The position numbers were made by a program, and so were the translations under genes. A DNA stretch of 64,000 nt, taken from positions 32,192 to 96,191 of the forward strand of contig DATLDE010000005.1 in the NCBI GenBank assembly GCA_035526025.1, read 5' to 3'. This DNA is from Candidatus Limnocylindrales bacterium. Lineage in GTDB: Bacteria > Patescibacteriota > Microgenomatia > Levybacterales > UBA12049. The notes beneath the pieces are model-generated. The model searched no databases. It was not told the origin of the DNA and saw only the letters and a program-made list of their open reading frames with translations. Positions 39,025 to 46,383 of the stretch are shown in pieces (the first letter of the stretch is position 1; each line of letters begins with the position of its first letter).

Positions 39025-40704
39025 CTATTCACTCGGTGGTATTCCATAATAAGTGAACATATTTTTTGCTGCTGTGAAGAAAATTGGCGCTGCTGTTTCG
39101 GCTCCATAAATTGACGTCGTTGGTCTATCGATAACTACAAGCATAAGGAATTTGGGGTCGTCTGCAGGTGCAAACCCAATGAATGACGCAATTGTTTTAT
39201 TCGCATCATAATGACCTTCGACAGGAATCTGTGCTGTTCCTGTTTTACCTGCTATCCTGTATCCTTTTGGTTTGGCAAATTTGGACTCTCCATTGTCTAC
39301 TGCATTTACCATCATTTCAGTTACTACATGTGCTGTTCTTTCTGATACTGGCTTCCCAAGCAGTTTTGGTTTTATTTCAATACTTTCTCCGTCAACTGTA
39401 GTGATTTTACTTACAACATGCGGCTCCATTCTATTTCCATTATTTGCAATTGCTGAAAACGCAGTGAGTAGTTGAATAGGGGTAACTGTTATCCCCTGTC
39501 CAAAACTCGATGTTGCCAAATCAATTGGGTACCAACTATCACGGGGTCTAATACTTGGCACTACTTCTCCCTGAAGATCTATTCCTGTTTGCTCTCCGAA
39601 TCCAAATTTATTTATGTAAGACATCATTCGGTCAAGTCCCAGTGACTGCCCTATATAAACCATTCCGGTATTATCTGAGCGCTTTATTACATCTGTCATT
39701 GTTCCCTGTGTAACGTATTTATTGTTCCAGGTGCGTATTTCATATCCACCGATTTCAACAGGGCCTGAGCAGATAGGACATTTTGTGTCAGGCTTTATTA
39801 GTCCAGCATCAAGACCTGCAGCCATAACCAACGGTTTGAATGTAGAACCAGGCTCATATGTATCAGAAATAAGTGGATCCCTATAAAGCTTGTCTGAGTA
39901 TTCTTGATACTCCTTTGGATCAAATGTTGGAAATGAAGACATGGCTATCATAGCACCAGTCTTTGGATCCATAATTGCTGCCATCCCTCCTGTAGCCCCA
40001 TACCTCTCTACACCGTCTTTTAAAGTCTCATCAAGCATGAACTGTATGGATCTGTTGATATTAAGCGTGAGGCTTCTCCCATCAGATTGTCCTGTTTTTC
40101 CCTCGAGCTTAGAGAGTATAGGCCTTCCCGCAGCGTCATGAATAACAACAGCATGGGTTGATTTTCCCCTCAATTGCCTATCATAAAACCCTTCCAATCC
40201 AAAATAACCTTTATCGCTTCCATTATCGTCTTTCCCCACAAATCCAAAAAGCTTTGCTGACATTGATGCCTCAGGATAGAAACGACTGGACTGTTTTTCA
40301 AAACCCACCCCTTTAAATTTTAAAGACTCTATCTTTTCTTTGGCCTTATGGTCAATATGATTTTTTATTGGTACCCAAAAACGATCGAGCTTAAGCTGAG
40401 CACTAATTGTTGAAGATTCCGTTTTCAGTATCGGTGCGAGCGCATCAGAAAGTTCACTCTTATCCTCTACTTCTTTAGGGTTTGCAAAAACTAAGTATGA
40501 AAGCTTGTTGGCAACAACGCTATAATCATCACTTGTTTTAATTTCGCCTCTCTCAGCTGGTAATAATATATTTCTTCCATATTGGGACTGAGCAATTGAT
40601 TGAAGTTCAGATGCTCGCACAACCTGCCAATAAAATAATCTCGCAGTCACGAGAAAAAAAAGCACAAAAAATGCGAATAAACTAAATTTATAACGCCAAC
40701 TCAT
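39025..40704 (-). CDS. ftsI: penicillin-binding protein 2/3-type peptidoglycan D,D-transpeptidase FtsI
   Basis: 559 aa. N-terminal TM helix, dimerisation domain, the transpeptidase motifs STFK (YEPGSTFKP), SDN (KRSDNTG) and KTGT (AGKTGTAQ). Confidence 0.9.
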   Translation of the reverse strand: MSWRYKFSLFAFFVLFFLVTARLFYWQVVRASELQSIAQSQYGRNILLPAERGEIKTSDDYSVVANKLSYLVFANPKEVEDKSELSDALAPILKTESSTISAQLKLDRFWVPIKNHIDHKAKEKIESLKFKGVGFEKQSSRFYPEASMSAKLFGFVGKDDNGSDKGYFGLEGFYDRQLRGKSTHAVVIHDAAGRPILSKLEGKTGQSDGRSLTLNINRSIQFMLDETLKDGVERYGATGGMAAIMDPKTGAMIAMSSFPTFDPKEYQEYSDKLYRDPLISDTYEPGSTFKPLVMAAGLDAGLIKPDTKCPICSGPVEIGGYEIRTWNNKYVTQGTMTDVIKRSDNTGMVYIGQSLGLDRMMSYINKFGFGEQTGIDLQGEVVPSIRPRDSWYPIDLATSSFGQGITVTPIQLLTAFSAIANNGNRMEPHVVSKITTVDGESIEIKPKLLGKPVSERTAHVVTEMMVNAVDNGESKFAKPKGYRIAGKTGTAQIPVEGHYDANKTIASFIGFAPADDPKFLMLVVIDRPTTSIYGAETAAPIFFTAAKNMFTYYGIPPSE

Positions 40705-40709
40705 TTTTA

Positions 40710-41006
40710 TTATTCAGCCTGCGTGGATTTTATTGCTAGTGGCAGGGGCGTAGATAAGTATACCTGATTTTTTGACTCGATAAATCCCTTCTCCCTTGCA
40801 CTCACAGAAATCTTGGTCAAAGATGATTTCTCGAGATATCTTTCTTCGAGCTGCGCATTGGATTTCTTGTACTCTTCTATCTTCTCTTCATAACCAATCA
40901 ATTCAACGCCAGTTGTGGAAATACTATTTTCTATTGTAACTCTGGCTACTGCTAGAGAGATGATGATCAGAAATATAAAAATAATTAATCTTTTTGGTCT
41001 TTTCAT
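40710..41006 (-). CDS. ftsL: FtsL/DivIC-like septum formation protein
   Basis: 98 aa. A single TM helix plus a short coiled coil (KIEEYKKSNAQLEERYLEK). Positioned between rsmH and ftsI. Confidence 0.55.
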   Translation of the reverse strand: MKRPKRLIIFIFLIIISLAVARVTIENSISTTGVELIGYEEKIEEYKKSNAQLEERYLEKSSLTKISVSAREKGFIESKNQVYLSTPLPLAIKSTQAE

Positions 41007-41893
41007 AGTTTTTCTATCACTCTTAATTTTGAACTTCTACTTTTTTTATTTCTTCGTATCTCGTCCTCAGACGGAATGACAGGTTTTTTTGTAATTATTT
41101 TCCCTATTAAATCTTTTTCAAAATCCTTAAACTGATTTTTTACTATTCTATCTTCAAGTGAATGAAAAGAGATAACAGCTAGCCTCCCACCCTTTTCAAT
41201 CAATCCAAAAGCTTTTGGCAAGCTAATTTTTAAGCAATTAATTTCATCATTAATTGCTATTCTCAGCGCCTGAAATACTTTTGTTGCCGGATTAATTTTA
41301 AAATTTCCCCTATATTCACCTTTTACAATTTCTACCAACTCTGATGTTGTTGAAATTAAACTTACTTTTCGTGCCTGGATAATTCGCTCAGCTATAGAAT
41401 GAGCACTGTACTCCTCTCCAAGTTTGATAAATAATTCAACTAACTCCCTTTTTGACAATATATTTATAAGATCCTGGGCCTTAACACCAAGATCCCGGTC
41501 CATTCGCATATCAAGCGGTCCATCTTGCTGAAAGCTAAATCCTCTTTCAGCAATTTGCAACTGATGACTTGATACGCCAAGATCAAAAACAATTCCATTT
41601 ACATTTTCAAATCCCAAATCGCGCGCGATCTTATCAATATCTTTAAAATTTCCTTTTACCACAACCAAATTATCATTCCTGCCCAAATCTTTTATCTTCA
41701 AACCTAAATCATTATTTACGAAATCCAATGCATCCTGGTCAACATCCATTCCCAACACTTTCCCACCAAGCCTCAATATCTCCAATGTATGTCCGCCTCC
41801 GCCCAATGTCGCATCAATATACTTATTCTCAGGTAGAACGTTCAAATATTCAATTGTTTCTTTTAGTAATACACTTTCGTGATAATCACTCAC
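41003..41893 (-). CDS. rsmH: 16S rRNA (cytosine1402-N4)-methyltransferase RsmH/MraW
   Basis: Has the SAM-binding motifs YIDATLGGGGHTLEIL, VFDLGVSSHQL and AVISFHSLEDRIVK. Confidence 0.92.
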   Translation of the reverse strand: MSDYHESVLLKETIEYLNVLPENKYIDATLGGGGHTLEILRLGGKVLGMDVDQDALDFVNNDLGLKIKDLGRNDNLVVVKGNFKDIDKIARDLGFENVNGIVFDLGVSSHQLQIAERGFSFQQDGPLDMRMDRDLGVKAQDLINILSKRELVELFIKLGEEYSAHSIAERIIQARKVSLISTTSELVEIVKGEYRGNFKINPATKVFQALRIAINDEINCLKISLPKAFGLIEKGGRLAVISFHSLEDRIVKNQFKDFEKDLIGKIITKKPVIPSEDEIRRNKKSRSSKLRVIEKL

Positions 41894-41930
41894 TTCTGCC
41901 CTTTCTATGTTATTAGTTATTTGTTATAAG

Positions 41931-42389
41931 TTATTCGATTTCTCCGGACAGTCTTTCTGCAATTGACTCTATCTTTTCATTTAAATCATTCTGATGCTCA
42001 ACCCACCCTTTCTTATTCCAAACCTCAACAAATCGTTCAATTCCTGCAAAGACAATTTCATTATCAATTTTCGCAAATTCTCTTAAATATTCAGGTATCA
42101 CGAACCTTCCTTTATTGTCCAACTCAATGTCTGTTGCATTTCCCAAAAGAAATCTTTGCAATTCCCGTGTATTTTTATTTGTAAAAGGTCTACCTGTTGT
42201 CCCTTCAAGTAAAGTCTTCCAGTTATCAAGCGAAACAACGATCAAGCAATTCTCAAATCCTTTTGTAATTATCAACCTATCACCCAACACTTCTCTAAAT
42301 TTCTTAGGAAGTGATGCCTGATGTTTTTCACTTACTTTACTTTCATACTGCCCGATTAACATATTTACTGCCTCTACTTTTATTTCCAA
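41931..42389 (-). CDS. mraZ: transcriptional regulator MraZ
   Basis: 152 aa with a duplicated MraZ/SpoVT-AbrB fold (MLIGQYESKV...KGRFVIPEYLRE). First gene of the dcw cluster. Confidence 0.88.
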   Translation of the reverse strand: MEIKVEAVNMLIGQYESKVSEKHQASLPKKFREVLGDRLIITKGFENCLIVVSLDNWKTLLEGTTGRPFTNKNTRELQRFLLGNATDIELDNKGRFVIPEYLREFAKIDNEIVFAGIERFVEVWNKKGWVEHQNDLNEKIESIAERLSGEIE

Positions 42390-42475
42390 ATATAATTCGT
42401 TATGTGTGCTTTGCAGACGAACTACATTTTCCTACTTTTACCTACAATTAATATTTTGAACCTAATATAGCAGGT

Positions 42476-42524
42476 TGTCAACAGACATTGTTGCCTGTCT
42501 AGTGGTTCCAACCAAGTGGAACAA
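42476..42524. promoter_or_regulatory. inverted and direct repeats upstream of mraZ (possible MraZ operator/promoter region)
   Basis: GTTCCA-ACCAAG-TGGAAC is a perfect 6-bp inverted repeat at 42505-42522. It overlaps direct AGTGG repeats at 42501-42505 and 42515-42519. CAACA-gacat-TGTTG lies at 42478-42492. A TTGACA is present on the minus strand at 42481-42476 but has no properly spaced -10. Confidence 0.3.
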
Positions 42525-42576
42525 CAAAATGTAGTGTAGTATATGTAAGAAATGTGTAAGAGTAGAGATTTGAGGA

Positions 42577-43077
42577 TTATTCTAGCTTAAGTGTTTTTTC
42601 AGATTGCAAGATCTTTCCACCATCTTTATTTAACTTCAAGGTCAAACTGACAGACTTAACTCCACTGTCGTATCTACAAACATTTTTTGAACAGCTTCCA
42701 AGATCCAACCATTCAGATTCATATGTACTCTTTCCGGACTCAACTTTTGCATCTCCAGTGATCCCACGTTGAACTCTCGGTTCCCCACCCTCACCCTGCT
42801 CTTGGGCCGTAGAATCTGCTTCATATGTAAGCTCGTATTCTAAGGATTTTATACCATTTAGCTTGGTTATCTCAAACTTTACAGCTTTACCATCTGGCTT
42901 AACTGTTAAAGTCAGGCCAAGCTCTTCAGCGCTTATGGTTTGGACTGTCAGATCTTCAACAACTGATTCTTCTTTTACTTTTGGCTTACCAACAAATAAT
43001 AGATATCCAGTTACAAGAAGCAAAACTGCAACCACACCTGCGGCAATTTTCCCATTTCTAGTCTTCAAAAATTTCAT
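42577..43077 (-). CDS. hypothetical secreted/membrane-anchored protein
   Basis: 166 aa. N-terminal signal anchor (IAAGVVAVLLLVTGYLLFV) followed by a beta-rich domain with two Cys residues. No family recognised. Confidence 0.5.
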   Translation of the reverse strand: MKFLKTRNGKIAAGVVAVLLLVTGYLLFVGKPKVKEESVVEDLTVQTISAEELGLTLTVKPDGKAVKFEITKLNGIKSLEYELTYEADSTAQEQGEGGEPRVQRGITGDAKVESGKSTYESEWLDLGSCSKNVCRYDSGVKSVSLTLKLNKDGGKILQSEKTLKLE

Positions 43078-43109
43078 AGTTAAATATTACTTTAATCTTA
43101 TTATTCCTG

Positions 43110-44030
43110 TCAAGCCGCATTTAAGCTCAATTCGGTGATTATACCATTTGCAAATTCCCGATTTGGTGCTACCACAACTGGAACATTAATCCCATGTTGA
43201 GCAAATGATTTATATTTTCTAGTACCCAAACTCGTACCATCAGCAACGACCATTACTCCTCCAAGTTCCATTACCAGACCGTAAGTTGGTGCCATCTCCA
43301 AATTTCCCATTAGAGACACATTCCCTTTTCTAGTTACCTCCAACTGCGCATCTATGGCTTCATTAATAAAAAGTGCAGTTCTGGCAGCCTGAGAACGGTA
43401 CGCACATTGCATTAGAGGAAATCTAGTTTTATTCTCAGGATTTTCAAATACATTACTTAGTATTGGCCAATTTATATCAAGATCTATAATGCTTTCCTCA
43501 GATAGCTCTCCAGTTTGCTTTCTTTCAAGCCGAACAGGTTCCCCCGTTTCAATATCAACCTTAAAACATCCTTCTCCCTTTACAGCAAGTAATAATTCTG
43601 GCTTTGGTGAATGAATCATAATTCCAGATACTAAATAATCATCGTATGTAGGATCATCTCCTTCCAAAACGCTAACCATTGTCCCATACATTGAATCCCC
43701 ACGCTTTTCCCTATATTCTCCCGACCCGTCCAGACCGTCCAGAATTACTGTATGCTCTGGTTCATTTCCATATGTAACTGTACCATGTTCTTCTGAGAAA
43801 ACCTGCAAAGGAATTTTTAATATTTTTAAAGAATCAAGTACTACTTCTTCTGCTTTTACATCCATGACCAAAGCAGTCTCTCCAAATTGATTTTGCTGGA
43901 AATTAGCTTTCCCTCCATCTCCTAAGCTTTCGTGTAAATAGTAGGTTTTTTTAATCCATCAATCACCGCAGCAGCAAAATCTTCTTTTGTTGGGGGAAAT
44001 TCACGCTCTCTGGGTTGCTCAGGAATCATT
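43110..44030 (-). pseudogene. inositol monophosphatase/FBPase-family (FIG superfamily) gene, apparently frameshifted at a T7/A7 homopolymer (43946-43952); pseudogene or assembly indel
   Basis: Downstream frame (track ORF 43110-43871, TTG start): VMDVKAEEVVLDSLK...FSEEHG...VILDGLDGSGEY (the DPxDGT-like motif)...MELGGVMVVADGTSLG. The same frame stays open and homologous (ESLGDGGKANFQQNQFGETAL) up to a stop at 43959-61. A second frame begins at ATG 44030, overlaps the glyQS stop as TAATG and ends at 43922. Adding one A to the A7 run would fuse the two frames. Confidence 0.55.
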
Positions 44031-45508
44031 TATGATAGCTTTTTCTTAAAATAAGAATCTAATTCTTTTATTGCTAAACGCTCCTGCTTGGTTGTATCGC
44101 GATCACGAACTGTGACGGTATCATCCTCAAGAGTCTGGAAATCAACAGTTATGCACCATGGAGTTCCGATCTCATCCTGTGCCAGATATCTCTTTCCTAT
44201 ATTTCCCCGGTCATCAAATGCAACCATAAAGTCGTTTTTCAGACTATCATATAAACCTTTTGCTTTATCAATTAGCTCAGGCTTATTCCCAAGAAGCGGA
44301 AAAACAGCAACTTTATACGGAGCAAGACGCGGATTGATTTTTAATACTGTTCTTTTCTCTTCCTCAACATATCCATCAGCAAGCACCATAAGAAGCAGCC
44401 TATTTATACCAACAGCTGGCTCTATAACATGTGGGACTAGTTTCTTTCCAGTCTGGGGATCAGTAATAACAAGCTCCTTATTTGAAGCTTTATTATGTTG
44501 AGTCAAATCATAATCGGTTCTATATGCAAGTCCCCAAAGCTCTTTAAACCCAAATGGAAATTTGTATTCCATGTCTTCAGTTCGCATACTATAGAATGAA
44601 CGCTCCTCGTCTTTATGTTCACGCCACCTGAGATTTTCCTTATCAATTCCCAATTTTTCTGTGGCAAATTCCCACATATTTTTCTTCCAATTCTCAAAAA
44701 GCTCTTTCCAGTCTGATTTCTCAGGGTCGAAGAAATACTCAATTTCTCCTTGCTCAAACTCTATAGTTCTAAATATGGAGTTCCCAGGTGTTATTTCATT
44801 TCGGAAGCTCTTACCAAGCTGCGCAATACCAAACGGTAGACTCACCCGGGTTGAGTCTATAACATTTTTAAAGTTGGTGAATATAAGCTGTGCTGTTTCA
44901 CCTCTAAGATATCCCATTCCCTGATCCCCTTCTACAATTCCTAACTGGACGGGAAATAATAAATTAAACTTTCGGACTTTAGTCCAATTATTGTCTTTTT
45001 TTGGTGTTGCTTTGCATTTGGGACATGGGATATTATGCTGACGGATGATAGAATCAAACTGCTTCTCACTCAGTCCTTCAACTTTTTTTGTTGATACATA
45101 CTCATTAATAATATCCTTACCCAAACCTTCTTCTATAAAATCTGCTCTGTCTGCATAACCAATTAGACCCTTATGATTTGATTCTATAAAGTCCTCAACG
45201 AGGTGATCAGCTCTCATGCGGGCTTTGCATTTTTTGCAATCAACCATCGCATCGGCAAACCCTGCGACGTGTCCTGAAGCCTCCCATATTTTGTGGTGAG
45301 AGATGATACTCCCATCAAGTCCAACCATATCTGATCTTTTTTGAACAAAATACTCCCACCAGAGATTTTTGATATTCCTGAGAAGCTCAGTGCCTGCAGG
45401 ACCATAATCGTAGGTATTGGCAAGGCCACCGTAGATCTCGCTCCCCGGATAAATAAATCCGCGTCTTTTAGCAAGAGATACAATTTTTTCCATGGTTTTT
45501 TCAGTCAT
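44030..45508 (-). CDS. glyQS: glycyl-tRNA synthetase, dimeric class II (GlyQS)
   Basis: 492 aa. The N-terminal IVSLAKRRGFIYPGSEIYGGLANTYDYGPAG and class II motifs are typical of alpha2 GlyRS. Confidence 0.9.
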   Translation of the reverse strand: MTEKTMEKIVSLAKRRGFIYPGSEIYGGLANTYDYGPAGTELLRNIKNLWWEYFVQKRSDMVGLDGSIISHHKIWEASGHVAGFADAMVDCKKCKARMRADHLVEDFIESNHKGLIGYADRADFIEEGLGKDIINEYVSTKKVEGLSEKQFDSIIRQHNIPCPKCKATPKKDNNWTKVRKFNLLFPVQLGIVEGDQGMGYLRGETAQLIFTNFKNVIDSTRVSLPFGIAQLGKSFRNEITPGNSIFRTIEFEQGEIEYFFDPEKSDWKELFENWKKNMWEFATEKLGIDKENLRWREHKDEERSFYSMRTEDMEYKFPFGFKELWGLAYRTDYDLTQHNKASNKELVITDPQTGKKLVPHVIEPAVGINRLLLMVLADGYVEEEKRTVLKINPRLAPYKVAVFPLLGNKPELIDKAKGLYDSLKNDFMVAFDDRGNIGKRYLAQDEIGTPWCITVDFQTLEDDTVTVRDRDTTKQERLAIKELDSYFKKKLS

Positions 45509-45528
45509 ATTTCAGTATATTCAATATA

Positions 45529-45549
45529 ACCCTGAGCGTTGCCGAGGGT
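45529..45549. repeat. hairpin (ACCCT / AGGGT stem) with loop CGGCAACGCTC, 20 nt upstream of glyQS; second copy of the motif at 19907-19930
   Basis: Minus-strand reading ccctCGGCAACGCTCAGggt. The stem sequence differs from locus 1 but the complementarity is maintained. Confidence 0.5.
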
Positions 45550-45834
45550 CATAGGGGTATTATAGCAAAAAATTAGTCCGCTGTAGTTGATTAACTCAAA
45601 TTGGATGTATATCACTTTTTTGCTGTCTCGGAGGCCTTACCTCATGAGCCACTCTACTTGCGTGTCCTAACAAATTAATGTAAAACCTTGTTCTTAATTT
45701 AGGAGGAGTATTTTCCCCTATCGGAAGTAGTGGTAAATTGTTGCGTTTTCTATTAATTGGCGAACCTCCCGCTCCCTCTCTATTCCTTTCATTCATATAC
45801 TTATTATAACTTATGTGTCAATCCAAAGGATTAG

Positions 45835-46377
45835 TTACTGCATTTTTACGAAGATGTTGCGGCTTCTGAGTTTGCGCTCCAGGATATTTTCAATAAAATT
45901 CTCAGTATCCAAAGTCGCAAAACTCGCATTATTCCAATAACCAAGAATTGTCAAAAGTTGCATTTCAAATTCATTGATGATTGTTTTTTGATCCACATCA
46001 ACAAGGCAAAGCTTATCCAATGCATTTTTTAGCAAAAAGAAAATACGCATGTTTTCCTGATTCTCAGGACAGAGCCCATCAACAAGCTCACACAGATGAA
46101 GTGCGTGACCGACACTTTCTAAATCACTTTTTATCTCCGAAAAATTATTAATTGTTTCAGCTTCTGTAAGAATTGGGAAAGCATTACCCTGATAAAGGCT
46201 CAACATAGAGTGATTTATTGGCTCAATGTGTCCGGCACGACGTGAGGTAATTTTCCTGACTCCTGCCGCTTTTACATAGATCTTTCCATTTGTCTTGGTC
46301 AAAACAGTTAAGATCCTGTCGGAGTCTTTATAATTTCGCCTTTTAATTATTATTCCCTCTGTCTTAAAATTTCTCAT
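45835..46377 (-). CDS. recO: DNA repair protein RecO (short form)
   Basis: 180 aa. N-terminal OB-fold pattern EGIIIKRRNYKDSDRILTVLTKTNGKIYVKAAGVRK...GHIEP. Confidence 0.6.
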   Translation of the reverse strand: MRNFKTEGIIIKRRNYKDSDRILTVLTKTNGKIYVKAAGVRKITSRRAGHIEPINHSMLSLYQGNAFPILTEAETINNFSEIKSDLESVGHALHLCELVDGLCPENQENMRIFFLLKNALDKLCLVDVDQKTIINEFEMQLLTILGYWNNASFATLDTENFIENILERKLRSRNIFVKMQ

Positions 46378-46383
46378 ATAAAA

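Noticed and set aside
42466-42481. Sigma70 promoter for mraZ using the minus-strand TTGACA at 42481-42476
   Set aside because: The only TATATT-like hexamer is 6 nt away. Nothing acceptable sits at a 16-18 nt spacing, so no promoter call was made.
45560-45790. Possible RNase P RNA on the + strand (AGTCCGCTGTAG resembling CR-I GGAAAGUCCGGGCUCCAUAG, GTGGTAAATTGTTGCG resembling CR-IV, and GCGAACCTCCCGCTCC resembling CR-V ACAGAACCCGGCUUA, all in the correct order)
   Set aside because: The two segments that would have to form the universally conserved P4 helix are not complementary to each other. AGUCCGC would need GCGG.CU, but the 3' segment is CCCGCUCC. Similarity is limited to short GC-poor words. 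Kept only as an unclassified ncRNA candidate in the findings.
45596-45796. 66-aa ORF (MNERNREGAGGSPINRKRNN...) as a protein-coding gene
   Set aside because: The sequence is R/P/N-rich and low-complexity, with no start context. It lies antisense-neutral in a GC-rich structured spacer and has no recognisable family. Treated as non-coding.
45509-45834. T-box riboswitch leader for glyQS
   Set aside because: No match to the antiterminator T-box consensus (AGGGUGGNACCGCG) on the sense strand. The only GGC-A specifier-like triplet lies inside the hairpin 20 nt from the ATG, too close to be a stem I specifier loop.
45509-45834. tmRNA or SRP RNA
   Set aside because: There is no tRNA-like acceptor/T-arm (GGTTCGANTCC...CCA) at either end. 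The GGAAGTAGTGG segment does not continue into the SRP domain IV consensus (GGAAGCAGCC).
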